NCBI RefSeq assembly: GCF_006345805.1
Contig: NC_043002.1
Coordinates: forward strand, 54,436,001 to 54,500,000
Origin: Octopus sinensis
Lineage: Eukaryota
DNA length: 64,000 nucleotides
Reading direction: 5' to 3'
The translations under genes were made by a program, and so were the position numbers. Shown here piece after piece: positions 1-12,750 of this stretch (position 1 is its first letter; every line of letters starts with the position of its first letter). A model generated the notes under the pieces. It was given only the letters and a program-made list of their open reading frames with translations, searched no databases and was not told the origin of the DNA.

Positions 1-939
1 ACGTGTAAAGAAAACTCGGGAAACTGGGCTTGCATATGTTTGATCGTAAATTACTTTTATTAATACACACGTACATTTCCAGATAAACGCAATCACAGGT
101 ACGTTTGTCGCTAACTGTATATTTTGTATAACGATAATATTATTTACAAAAGCCCTACCAGAAAAACCACTCATAAATGGAGTGGGTGATACTAGAATAA
201 GACATGGGCAGATAACCTATGTCTACCTTTTTATTACGTTGGAAGAAAATTCTGAGAAATGTAAGGATTCAGGAAAATTCATATGACACAGCTCAAGGCT
301 GAATCAAATAATCGCACTTCTGTTGCTTAAAGGTAGGATTAGACACCATTACTATAAACATAATATACATATATAATAAAAATAATAATAATATTAACAA
401 CAATACTTAAAATAATAATAACACTACTTTAAACAATAATAATAATAACGCTTAAAATAATAATAATGATTATTATTATTATTGCTACAAATAATGCATC
501 ATCAATATTGATGTAAACCACCCTTTGAAAAATCAATATACAAAGTGTGTGTGTAAACTGGGACTGTTTTCAAATGATCCGAAAGTTGTTATCATTATCT
601 CCCCTGCCAATAAATGTCACATTTCATCATCATTTTAATAGGTGTGATTATTTAACCATGCTACAAGTTGCAGTATACTACGAAGTAATTTCTTAGGAAA
701 ATATGATTTCACGGCTGAGATCAGAAACGTAAGAAAAAAATTAAATTACTTCAAAGCAAATTTCATTTTTGTGTACGTGTATTTCAATATCAGAACATAG
801 GGGGAGATAATCTATAAGAACAATGAAAAATTTGAAAACAGATGTTCTCCACAATATACATGACATATATTCTTATCCCTCCCTCCCTATCAATCTGTCC
901 TTCTGCAGATAGAGAGAGAGAGTGTGTGTGTGTGTTTAC

Positions 940-975
<36 letters not shown>

Positions 976-2512
976 CGTCGTCGTAACGTCAACTTTTCCG
1001 TGCTTGCATGGGTCTCAGAGCAAGACATATTTTCACAGAATATTAGAAAAGAGAGACACTGCTTGTATGACAGTGGCTCTTATTTCAACTGACACGCGCT
1101 GGTAAGGTAAGGACACACACACAGACGCACGCGCGCGCGCACACACACACACGTCTTCTTCTATAGCCTGAAGTCAACCAAAGCTTGTGAGGGGATTTTG
1201 TAGATGGAAACTGAAAAGAGGTCATGTGTGTGTGTGTATACGTGCACATTTGTGTCTATCTCCCATCACCACTTGACAACCGGTGTTGGTGTGTTTATGT
1301 CCTCATAAATTAGTGGTTTGGCAAAAGAGGCTGGTAGAATAAGTACTGGGGTTGATTCATTCAACCAAAAATTTCTCGAAGGTAGTGCCCCAGCATGGTT
1401 GCAGTTTAATGACTGAAACAAAAAGAAAGATAAAAAGATGAAAGATTCTTTTAAAAAATAAGAAATACTGGTGGAATATTCCAATAAAAACAGCAACCCA
1501 GTATAAATACAACTGTCCATATATTATTGTAAAGGCACAGGGAACAAAAATGATGTCCTTTTTATGGAGATAGCTACTTGACAGATGTGAATGTCTCGTA
1601 AAAAATTGGGCAAAAGGAAAACATCTATGATGAACTAATGAGAAGCCTACAACCCTTGTGTGTTTAGATTTTCATTTGTTCTTATTATCAGAAGCACATT
1701 GGGCTACATCACTAAAGCCAGCATAAAAAAAAAAAGGCTAGGATTCTCCAAAAATGACTGATACACATTCTCCAAGTACTGTTGATTAGAAATTCAGTCA
1801 AGATATGTGAAATATTTCAAGGATTCTCCACTGGAGGTTCCTGGGAGAACATAAGACACCATCACATGTACATTTGGAATACGCACACACACACACACAT
1901 GCTTATGCTCAACACACACATGTACACACACACACACATGCACAACAGACATACATATATATGAATACATCAATCATTTTAGATAGCCCCAAACCCCCAA
2001 GGGCTGTTGTCATTTAAACAACAGAGCCATGTCTCTTTGTGATTGGCTTGAATTCTGTAAAGGAGAAAATTTGAATACATAACAAAGAAAAAAACATACA
2101 TACATACACACATACATACATACACGCAGACATACATACATTCATACATACATACATACATGCATGCATAATACATTTATTTATATGTATACATGCACAA
2201 AGTCTGAGCTATAAGTAAAACAAATGAAACAGGAATTTCTGTTCAATGTGCAAAAAAAAAAAAGAAAGTGTTCAAATGGAGTCCAATGAACAAAGATAAA
2301 AAGTGCTTAATCAAAGTTTATAACATTAAATCATAATTATTTGCATTTAAAAAAAAAGTTATAATGAAATATGAAATCTTGGATAAGTGGACAGATGAAA
2401 TTTTTTATGACTTACAAAAGTTTTAACTCAGTTCACTAGCTATTTGTGACACCAGTAATTTGTTACTCACTGTTTTTCTATATTAGTAGAGGCTAAATTT
2501 TTAAAGCAGTAC

Positions 2513-2557
2513 TTGCTACTGATGATGAGCAAATATGCAGAAATCTAGATTTAGCGA
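2513..2557 (+). ncRNA. Type I minimal hammerhead ribozyme motif (near-intact)
   Basis: TTGCTA (stem I) - CTGATGA core - TGAGCAAATATGCA (stem II, 4 bp with 2-nt bulge) - GAAA - palindromic ATCTAGAT stem III - AUU cleavage triplet - TAGCGA (6-bp stem I partner). Confidence 0.75.
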
Positions 2558-2850
2558 CCCTATCACCACTGCTGGATGCTTTTCGTCTACTACTTCCATG
2601 CTTTATAGGATTATACATCTATATGAGATGCTTTCTCAAGATGAATACCACAGTATTGTGGTTTTCTATTAGTATGACCACATTAAGCAAGATAAACAGA
2701 ATGCTACTCTGAACCAATACTGCTACTGTTACTTATAGTGACTTTTTATCTTGTCTGCCAGCTATTTACAACACCAGTGATTTGTTAATCACTGTTTTTC
2801 TATATCAGTGGAAGATATATTTGTCTAAGCATGTGGTTTATAGTGAATAC

Positions 2851-2897
2851 TTGCTATTGATGATGCACAATTATGCTGATATCTTGGGATTTAATTA
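2851..2897 (+). ncRNA. Decayed hammerhead motif (second tandem unit)
   Basis: TTGCTA-TTGATGA-TGCAcaattaTGCT-GATA-TCTTGGGA-TT-TAATTA; positionally homologous to 2513-2557 with core substitutions (C3>T, GAAA>GATA) and broken stem I. Confidence 0.6.
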
Positions 2898-3250
2898 TTC
2901 CACCGCCACTGTTGGACACTTTTCCTCTGTTGCTGATACTTCTGCACCTTTTGGCGCAATATTTCTGTATAAGATGCCTTCTCAAGATGAACACTCCAGT
3001 TTTGTGGTTTCTACAGAATATCCATGTTAAGAAAGATATAGAGGATGCCTTTTTTTGCAATGTGGTTAGATGAGTGTGTATTATGCAGATATATCTTGAG
3101 AAGTCCAGTGGGTTAGTATAGAATGAAAACTGTAGTGAATGGTTGGGTTCATTTTTAGTATTCTCATTTGTAAGAGCAGTTGAGTTTATTTAAGATATTC
3201 TCAATTTAAAAATCATCTCCAGCTAATTGTTGAGAGGAGGTTTGTGCTCT

Positions 3251-3296
3251 TGTTATTGTTGTTGTTGTTCTTCTTCTTTTTTTTTTTCTTCTTCTT

Positions 3297-3372
<76 letters not shown>

Positions 3373-3418
3373 GTAGTAGTAGTAGTAGTAGTAGTAATAG
3401 TTGTAGTAGTAGTAGAAG
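3251..3418. repeat. Compound trinucleotide microsatellite (TTG)n(TTC)n(TTA)n(TAG)n
   Basis: Direct reading; explains ORF 3244-3465. Confidence 0.97.
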
Positions 3419-3436
3419 AAAGGTTAATTATTATTA

Positions 3437-3870
3437 TTAAGGCATTGAGCTGGCAGAATCAATAGCATTTCTTCTGACTTCACCTTCTGAGTTCAAATTC
3501 AGCCAAGGTCAAATATGCTTTTCATCCTTTTGGGGGTCTATAAATTAAGTATCTGTGGAGCACTGGGGTTGATGTAATCAGCTAGTCTCCATCCCCAAAA
3601 TTTCTGGACTTATGCCTTTAATAGAAAGAATTATTATTATTATTATTGTTAAGGCAGTGAGCTGGCAGAATTGTTAGCATGCCAGGCAAATGCTTAGTGG
3701 CATTTCTTCCAACTTTACATTCTGAGTTCAAATTCCACTGAGGTCGACGTTGCCTTTCATCTTTTTGGGGTCACTAAATTAAGTACCAGTGGAACACTGG
3801 GGTTGTTGTAATCAACTAGTCCTCTCCCCACAAATTTCAGACCTTGTACTATTAGTAGAAAGGATTATTA
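3437..3870 (+). mobile_element. Two tandem copies of SINE family A (GAGCTGGCAGAATCGTTAGC head), CpG-decayed
   Basis: Both copies share GAGCTGGCAGAAT..., TTCTGAGTTCAAATTC, GCCTTTCATC...GGGGTC..TAAATTAAGTA.C with copies at 5174, 16338, 58408; separated by (ATT)n. Confidence 0.9.
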
Positions 3871-3904
3871 TTATAATCATAATTATCATTATTATTATAA
3901 TCGA

Positions 3905-4410
3905 TCAATGGAAATTGCAGATGTGTTACCAGTGCCGGTGGCATGTCGAAACTCTACTTGTGAAGACCTGTTGAGGCAAGTGAGGATCAGAATCGAAATC
4001 AATCAATGGAAATTGCAGATGTGTTACCAGTGCCGGTGGCATGTAAGAGAACCTTCCGTTTCACGACCGTTGCCAGCGCCGCCCCGACTGGCCTCGTGCC
4101 GGTGGCACGTAAAAAGCACCATCCGTTCGTGTCCGTTGCCAGCCTCGCCTGGCCCTCGTGCCGGTGGCACATAAAAAGCACCATCCGTTCGTGGCCGTTT
4201 GCCAGCTCTGTCTGGCACCTGTGCGGGTGGCATGTAAAAAGCACCCACTACACTCACGGAGTGGTTGGCGTTACGAAGGGCATCCAGCCGTAGAAACACT
4301 GCCAGATTTGACTGGGCCTGATGAAGCCTTCTGGCTTCACAGACCCCAGTAGAACCGTCCAACCCATGCTAGCATGGAAAAAGGACGCTAAACGATGATG
4401 ATGATGATGA
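3905..4410 (+). mobile_element. 5'-truncated RTE LINE 3' UTR with internal tandem repeats
   Basis: Ends CAACCCATGCTAGCATGG...(GAT)n as do the RTE copies at 7660-7715 and 20875-20918; repeated GTGCCGGTGGCAYRTAAAAAGCACC motif. Confidence 0.8.
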
Positions 4411-5014
4411 TTATAATATATGTACATATATACATGTGTGCAGGTATGCATGCATATGCTTGACCATTTTGTCATTCAGTCACCTTTATTTTGTTCTTGC
4501 ATAAATTTTTCTATTTATTTTTCTTGTGTTGATACTAGCTTATTTTCTTTTTTCTTTTTCTGTCTGTCTTATATTTGTAGCTCATGATGAATGTTTCTTC
4601 ATTGTAACTTTCTTAACAATTTTTAACATTGACTGCTAATTTGTTTTGTCACAAGGCAACGCCCATATCTAGAATATTTGTCATACTGTACTTTGTAATC
4701 CAGCTTTCAGCTCTATGTCAGTGAAGTATCACGAAACTCAGAAAAGCCATAGAGTAATCTCAGTACTGTAATAAATATCACACTCTATTGTAGTATTGAT
4801 TACATTTTCATCAAAATTCAATTGTAGACACACACATAGGGGAAAAGACAGACAGTCATGTATAGGTGTGGCTTTGAGTTAAGAAGTTTTCTTCTCAACT
4901 ATATAGTTTCTGTTTCAGTCCCACTATGTGATACCTTGGGCTATCCTACTATAATTTTGGGCTGTCCAAGTCTTTGTAAATGGATTTCGTAGGTGAAAGC
5001 TGAAAGAATCCTGT

Positions 5015-7715
5015 CATGAGTGCCATAGACCAAATCTGTGGCTGGTGCAAAGTCCCAACCAGACCTAGAGTAACATGGTGGTGGAACATTGCTGTAGACA
5101 GGACCATTAGAGCAAAGAAACAGGCCTGGAAGAGTTGGGGTAGCAGGGAGCTGTATCAGATAGACAGAAAGAAGGCAGCAAGCTGGCAGAATCATTAGCA
5201 CGGGCGAAATGCTTAGCAGTATTTCATCTGCCGCTACGTCCTGAGTTCAAATTTCACCGAGGTCGACTTTGCCTTTCATCCTTTCACGATCGATTAAATA
5301 AGCACCAGTTACGCACTGGGGTCGATATAATTGACTTATTCCCTTTGTCTATCCTTGTTTGCCTCCTCTATGTTTAGCCCCTTATGGGCAATAAAGAAAT
5401 AAGAAAGAAAGCTAGGAGACAGGTATATCTAGACAAGGGAAAAGCAGAAAAGAGAAAGTTTGCCTATGTTTAGCGACGTGAGGACCAAAGAATTGAAGTG
5501 TTCCACATTGCAAGACAGTGTAAGTGAGAAAAATGTGTCTGCATGGATGATGGTGCACTTGCACCATCATCTGCTAAGAAAGAGTCTTAGAAATGCCGTT
5601 ATGAAAGACTTCTGAATGTAGAGAACGAATGGGAGGAGAGTCTGCCAAATGGTAACCCAATTGAGGACCAGGTACCCAAATTGACAATACCTTGGTAGAT
5701 AAAGCAATTAAGGGACATGAAGACAAGGAAAGCCCCTGGCCCTTCAAGAATCACTGCTGAGATGCTTAAAATATCTGGTGATGTGGGTTATGGTCTAGTC
5801 ACCCGTTTTGTAAATCAGGTGATTCATGAAGGAGTCATACCCAATGACTGGTGTAGCAGCACCATAGTCAGCTGCTACAATGGTAAATGCCTTAGATTGA
5901 AATAATTACAGAGGTATCAAATTATTGGATCAGGTGATGAAAGTTACGGAGAGAGTCATAGCCCAACTAATTAAGGGGAAAGTTAGTCTAGATGAGATGC
6001 CGTTTGGTTTTGTGCCAGGGAGAAGCACCTCTGATGCTATAGTTCCGGTAAGGCAACTGCAGGAGAAATACATAACCAAAGAAAAATCTCTGTACTTAGC
6101 TTTTGTTGCCTCAGAGAAAGCTTTTGACAGAGTCCCCTGATCCCTTATCTGGTGGTCAATGCAGAAACTAGGGATAGATGAATGGCTGGTGAGAGCCTTA
6201 CAAGCCATGCACAGAGACGCTACCAGTAAGGTGAGGATTAGCAATGAGTACAGCAAAGAATTCAAGGTACAAGTAGGGGGTTCACCAAGGATTGGTCCTA
6301 AGCCCCCTCTTGTTCATCATAGTCCTCCAGGCAATAACAGAGGAATTTAAGACAGGCTGCCTCTAGGAGCTCCTCTATGCTGATGACCTTGTTCTTATAC
6401 CTGAATCACTATGGAAGCAAGGTATAGAATTAATGGGCCTTAGAGTTAACCTAGCAAAAACTGAAGTCTTAGTAAATAGGAAGGCAGACAAATCACAAGT
6501 CCCTTCAGGTAGATGACGCTGCTTGATCTTTAGAAAAGATGTAGGTAGTAACTCTGTAAGATGCACCCAGTGTAAGCTTTGGACACATAAAAGGTGCAGC
6601 AATATCAGAGGAAGGTTAACAAGGAAAATAGTTTTTGTGTGTGGTAGATGCACAGGTACAATAAACACCAAAAATGTACAGAAAATAGACTCCATCAACT
6701 GTCACGAATGTAAGCTAGAGTTAGTAGATAGTTTCTGTTACCCAGGTGATGAAGTTAGTAGCAGAGGTGGATGCTCCAAAAGCATAACTGTCAGAATAAG
6801 ATTAAACTGGGCAAAGTTTAGAGAGCTTCTACCTCTACTGGCAACAAAGGGCCTCTCTCTCAGAGTGAAAGGCAGATTGTATGATGCCTGTGTGTGAACA
6901 GCTATGTTACATAGCAGTGAAACATGGGCCGTGACAGCTGAGTGCACGTGTAGGCTTGAAAGAAATGAGCCAGTATTATTCACTGGACGTGCAATGTCAG
7001 TGTGCATGTTCAACAGAATGTAAGCATCCTGAGAGAAAAGTTAGGCATAAGAGGCATCAGATGTGGTGAGCAAGAGAGATGAATGCACTAGTATGGTCAT
7101 GTGATGTGTATGGACGAGGACAGCTGTGCAAAGAAGTGCTGATCCCTAACTGTGGAGGGAACCTGTGGTAGAGGTAGACTCAGGAAGACATGGGATGAGG
7201 TGGTGAAGCATGATCTCTGAAATCTGGGCCTCACAGAGGCAATGACCAGTGACTGAGACCTTTGGCAGTATGCTATGCTTGAGAAGACCCATGAAGCCAA
7301 GTGAAATTGCAGTCATGGCTGATGCTGGTGTCACGTAACCGACACCCATGCTGGTGGCATGTACAAAGCACATTTTGAGCATTGAGCCTCACAAAGACAA
7401 AGTGATTGAGCTCCTTTTGAGTGTTGGGCCTCACAGAGGCAATGACTGAGACCTTTGGCATTATGCTGTGCTTGATAAGAAGACCTGTCAAGCCAAGTAA
7501 AACTACAGTCATGGCAGATACTGGTGTAAATGGCACCTGTGCTGGTAGCACACTCTCGGAATGGTTGTTGTTAGGAAGAGCATCCAACTGTAGAAATCAT
7601 ACCAAAACAGACTGGAGTCTGGTGCAGCCTTCCAGCTTGCCAGCCCTGGTCAACCATCCAACCCATGCTAGCATGGACAACGAATGTTAATTAACGACGA
7701 TGATGATGATGATGA
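5015..7715 (+). mobile_element. Decayed RTE-clade LINE (linker, reverse transcriptase, C-terminal region, 3' UTR), interrupted by a SINE
   Basis: Fragments TWWWN..., KAPGPSRITAEMLK, FGFVPGRSTSDAI, LAFVASEKAFDRVP, YADD (6375-6386), WAKFRELLPLL; many stops/frameshifts; (GAT)n tail. Confidence 0.93.
5174..5401 (+). mobile_element. SINE family A nested in RTE with 8-bp TSD
   Basis: AGAAAGAA at 5166-5173 and 5402-5409; removing the insert restores the RTE frame QIDRKKARRQV. Confidence 0.9.
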
Positions 7716-8415
7716 TATATATATATATATATATGACAGGCTTCTTTCAGTTTCTGTCTACCAAATCTATTCACATGTCTAATTTTGGCATGGTCCCTAC
7801 AGCCCTTTCTAACACCTATCACTTTACAGAATGTACTAGGTGCTTCAACATGGCACTGGCAGGGGTGCTTTTCATATGGCACCATGAATCTACAAGATTA
7901 GAATCACTCAGCTGAAGAGAGATGCAGGGATCGTGCTTGATGTAAGGACAACTATGATTTCACTTAGCTTGACGTGTTTTCTCAAACACAGCAAAGTCTC
8001 AGTCTGTTATCATTCCCTTTATGAGGCCTAAAATCTGCAGATCCTTTCTCAATATTTTGTCCCACGTCTTCGTGTTTGTGTTTGTCCCCCACCACTGCTT
8101 GATAACTAGAGTTGGTTTGTCTATGTCCCCATAACTTAGTGGTTTGGCAAAAGACACCAGCCATTCAAAAATGAGTAATGGTGTCAATTTCTTCAACTAA
8201 ACCCTTCAAGGTGGTGCTCCAACATGGTCACAGTTCAGTGACTGAAGCGAGCAAAAAATAAAAGATATATGTGTGTAATTCTGATCAGATGAGTAATTCT
8301 GTTCTTCAATAAGAAATGTGCCTCTGTATGTGTGTGTGTGTGTGTGTGTATGCATATATCTATGTATGTATATATATATGTATATTTATCTATATACATA
8401 TGTATATAAATATAT

Positions 8416-8449
<34 letters not shown>

Positions 8450-10304
8450 GTTTACACTCACACACAAACATACATATATATATATATATATATATCTTTC
8501 TTTCTTTATGGTTCCAATTAGGGTCTCTTTCATTAATTGCTGTTCATTCAGTAGAATAAGATATGCTATCTGATGACTCTATATATGTATATTCTTTTAT
8601 TCTTTTACTTGTTGCATCATTGGTGTGTGCCTATGCCGGGATACTGCCATTAAGAGTTTTAGTCAACCTTATAACCCATTTATTTTAACCTTGTACTTAT
8701 TTTATTGATCTATATTTTCCAGTGTGTATCTATCCTTATATATAAACTGTTAATATCTGTATAGAAATTTCTGTGTATCCTTTCAATTTATACCAATTAC
8801 AAATGCCATTAATTTCTTGTGCTGATTTCCAAAAGTATACCTTTCAAAGTGTGAGGTTAATGTGGCTTTTGATGGGTTGAAAGAACAAAGTAACTCAATG
8901 GTCTTGTGTTCAAATCCACTGATTCCATTTTGTTATGGGACAGTGGGGTTAATTCTATATATTTCAATTCAGCTAGTTGTCAGAAATTCTATATATTTCA
9001 GTCCAGCTATTTGTCAGGATAGAATGATGTGTCAATTAGAGTAACACCTTGGTTGCGTCAGTACAAAAATATGTGAACCCTGCATAGATGCAGGAGAAAA
9101 GTAAAGGAAAAAAAAAATCTAAGTGGAAGAAGCAGCTCCTCTGATCTCTATAGGTTCCTCTCAGACTAGTGAAATTTATGTGGATGACTTTAGAAGATAT
9201 TATTTCTGGTAGGCTATCTTCCCATTCAGGTTGACAAAATTAGATATAAGCATTGGCTCTTTCAAGTCTTTAAGGACTAAAGAAAGATATAACATAAAAA
9301 AAGAAATTTTGTGCTGCAATTGATTTCTGTGGTTATCAATGTTAATATAAGATTAGCAGAAATGTTAGAACATCAATCAATATACCTTGCAATATTTAGT
9401 TGCAGATCTTTACATTCTGAATTTAAATCTTTTTGAGGTCAACTTTGCCTTTTGTCCTTCCAGAGTCTGTTCTGCATTTTCCATCATACAAACCAACATA
9501 GTATATAGTGTAAACAATGAAACATCACCACTATCTTTCCAAATCCTGGAAATTTTAGTCCTCCAAAGTTTTCTTACAATCTTTTTTTTTTTTTTGCAGT
9601 AAATTTTGGCCTGAAAAATTCAACTTATACACCAAAAAAATAAGGTTCCAAGGAAGTATCAGGGTCAATTTGATTGTTTACATCCTCTTCCAAATTTGAG
9701 GATTGGTGGCTGTATAAGTAATCAATATTGTTGTGAAGCTTTTGGAAAGTATAAACATTACATGATTTTCGTTTTTCTTCTAGCATTCATCTGTGTTACA
9801 TTACATAGAGCATGTATAGTAATTTTTGTATTATATCATAATGACACATATGACATTATTCATCCTATTCATGTTGTTGACTTGCAGTCAGCTGATTTAA
9901 GTGGGTTCTAGTCAGCCAGTGAACCAGTTAATCAGTAAAAAGGTCAACATCAAGTTTCCTTTCATTAAGCTCTCTAATTGTGACCAATGCATAAAAGCTT
10001 AACTTTTAATGGCAATTGTATTGTAAAATCGACAAGTGATTCCTTGGCTTGCAGTGCTAAGCTCAATTTTTCCCAGAGGAAAATTTACCTGCACTAGATT
10101 GGTGCTCTATCCAGATATTATGTGAATGAGTGGGTAGGAGTAAAAGACTTATCAAGTTAGTGCTATAGAAACCAATAATAATGACAAACACAGTGGTGTG
10201 TGAAGGTCCATGATCAGACAGATGACACCATTAGTTCACTGCATGACTTAGTGATTGAAAAATGTTGTCAGGTTGATGAAATTCAGTAACCATTACAGCT
10301 TGGA

Positions 10305-10336
<32 letters not shown>

Positions 10337-10699
10337 AAAAAGCAACAAAATTTTATACATCAGTCATTTATACATTAATCATTTTATCCATTAGTCAGAA
10401 AGGGAAGGCTTCAAGCAGGTAGTATTGTGAGAGCATTGGATAGAAAGCCTTGCAGTTTGTATTGGATGTCTGCATTCTCAGTTCAAATCCTCTCAAGGTC
10501 AATATTACCTTTCACCTTTTGGGGATTAATGAATGAAGTACCAGTGCAGAGCTGTTGATTGGTGGAATTACTAGAGTATTGAACAAGTTGTTTTATTGTA
10601 TCTGTTCTGGCATTTTGCACTGTGTTTAAATTCCACATCCTATTGTTGGTCTTGTACTGGGAAAAGAACTGGATCTTTTCCTTTTGATGGACAGAATTC

Positions 10700-10850
10700 A
10701 ACACAATTTCTAGTTAACTAAACAATTTGAAACTTCGTATACTGGTAGAATGTGTCAAAAGAAAACATTATTTTCACTTGGCTTTTTTGAGAAAATTGTA
10801 ATTTGTAAGTTTAACGTAGTTTAATTCTTCGAATTTTAACCAATGAATTG
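10700..10850 (+). mobile_element. Internal fragment of the MITE family seen intact at 39074-39499
   Basis: Shared AATTTCTAG.TAACTAAA.AATTT..AACTTCGTATACTGGTAGAATGTG and GAGAAAATT..A.TTTGTAAG. Confidence 0.75.
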
Positions 10851-12750
10851 CCAGCATTTGAGCTCAAATCATTTGCTGCGTTATCGCTATTGATAAACAA
10901 ATGAGGAGACGCACGCCACATACACACACACACACACATATATTCAGATACATACACACGTACACTTGCACACACACACACACACTCTCTCTCTCTCTCT
11001 CAAACACATGCATATACATTTGCACAAGCACATAGTAATTAATATATAAGCGTACACACACATAGAAACGTACACACACATGCACACAAGCATACATACA
11101 CGTTCGTCATACACACACATACGCACACAAGCATACATACACATTTGTGAGTTCGCACTGGTGTCGATAGAATCGACTTAATACTTTTGTATCTCATGCT
11201 TTGTCCCCTCTGTGTTTTGCCCCTTGCCGGACAAATTTACACAAAAGGTAAATAAACCAGAAATGGGGTGGGGGGTGGGTCAATGTTTCATCATTTCGGG
11301 GTCGATAAATTAAGTACCAATTATGCACTGGTGTCAAGGATTTTTTTCCTAATTTATATCACAGCCTCCGACAAGCTGGGGCATCCTTTTATGAAAAAAT
11401 ATTTCGCAAATTTTTACAATACGACCCACACTCCACGCGCACCCTCATATCCCACTCTAGACCAATTTAGGCATATTATTGTTTTGTTTTTGTTGTTTTT
11501 GGCCCTTCAAAACCATGGGTAAAAAAAAATAAAGAAAATATTCAAAAAATATCGTTAATATTTTTATTGGGCGACGAAATTCATCGATTTAAGAGATATG
11601 GCTGTTATTTCTAGCCTCCTCATTTGTTTATCAATATCGATGAGCGAGACAAACAGAAGAGAGAAGGATGAATAACACGTGTGTGTGTGTGTGTGTGCGC
11701 GCTGTTTATGTTGTAAGAGGATGTTGTCTGAGTTTTTAGACGCAGCAAAAGAACCTTCAAGATCCAATGAACACTGATAGTCCTCTAATGTCAGAAAGTA
11801 TGATGTGTTAATTAGAGCAACAACTTGGTTGCATCAATATAAAAACATATGGAAAGAGGATAAAGCTAAGAGAAAATTTTTTTTAAAAATCATAAGTGGA
11901 AGGAGCAGTTCTTCTGATCTTTATTGGATCCTCCCAGACTGGTCTTAAATAAAAAAGAGACATATTATCCAACAATCAAGAATTAATTTAAGATATTTTA
12001 CATGCTTGATGAAAGAACAGTTTTGATTTGCAGCTCAAGAACAACTGTGGACATGTTCCAACCTCATCAGCATAGTACAGTCTACGTAAGTCTTTAGATC
12101 AATCGATTAATTATTACACACACTTTATTACTTCTGAAGTTAATAGTGTCATTTAAGGGAGATTTTATTGCTATTTTGAGCAAGTTGAGTGATCATGTAG
12201 AGGCTCTATCATTTCATTTTTGTTTTAAACAATCGTTATCCATTCTCTAAAGATGATGTATGATTGAATGAGTGAGTGATTGCTTTAGTATTTGATCAAA
12301 CTTGATGACTGGTTACTAAATGTGGCTTAATGTATTGGATGGCTGGGTTTCTGTATGATTGAATGTGTGTATATATACATCAGAGAGAAGTAGAGGGAGG
12401 AAGAAAGAGAGAGAGAGAGAGAAAGAGGAGAGAGTGGGTGAGTGAGAATGATTGGATGAGAGTGAGTGCATGTGAGTCTGCTTAGAATTTATAGATTTTT
12501 GGTTAATATTAAGTTTGCATGGATTAACATGTGAACTATGCTTATATGCTTGTGTGTGTGTATGTGTGCATATATAGGTGTGTGTGTATATATATATATA
12601 TATATACATACACACACATATTCACACAGATACAGACACATACAATGCACAAACATGTAAGTATACAATCAGTACATAATATATATATAAGGCAATCTTT
12701 ATATCCTACAAAACATGGATGTATCATTATAGCACTGAATGCTGTGCTAT

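Larger units (their letters stand above)
2420..3050 (+). repeat. Two diverged tandem units, period ~320-345 bp, each with a hammerhead motif
   Basis: Collinear anchors: AGCTATTT 2439/2760, CACCAGT 2450/2772, TACTTGCTA.TGATGATG ~2510/~2848, TTCTCAAGATGAA 2633/2979, TTAAG.AAGATA 2683/3027. Confidence 0.85.

Noticed and set aside
690-735. Hammerhead-like TTCT..TGATTTCAcggcTGAGATCA-GAAACGTA-AGAA
   Set aside because: Stems and 3' core look right but the CTGANGA core is absent; not counted.
3920-4245. CRISPR-like repeat-spacer array
   Set aside because: Spacers are similar to one another, the motif recurs inside RTE 3' UTRs, no cas genes, eukaryotic context.
6375-6390. CTGATGA at 6379 (and CCGATGA at 19664)
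   Set aside because: Codons of the RT YADD motif.
12020-12075. Minus-strand CTGATGA..AAAACTGTT
   Set aside because: GAAA mutated, stems I and II poorly paired; at best a heavily decayed copy.
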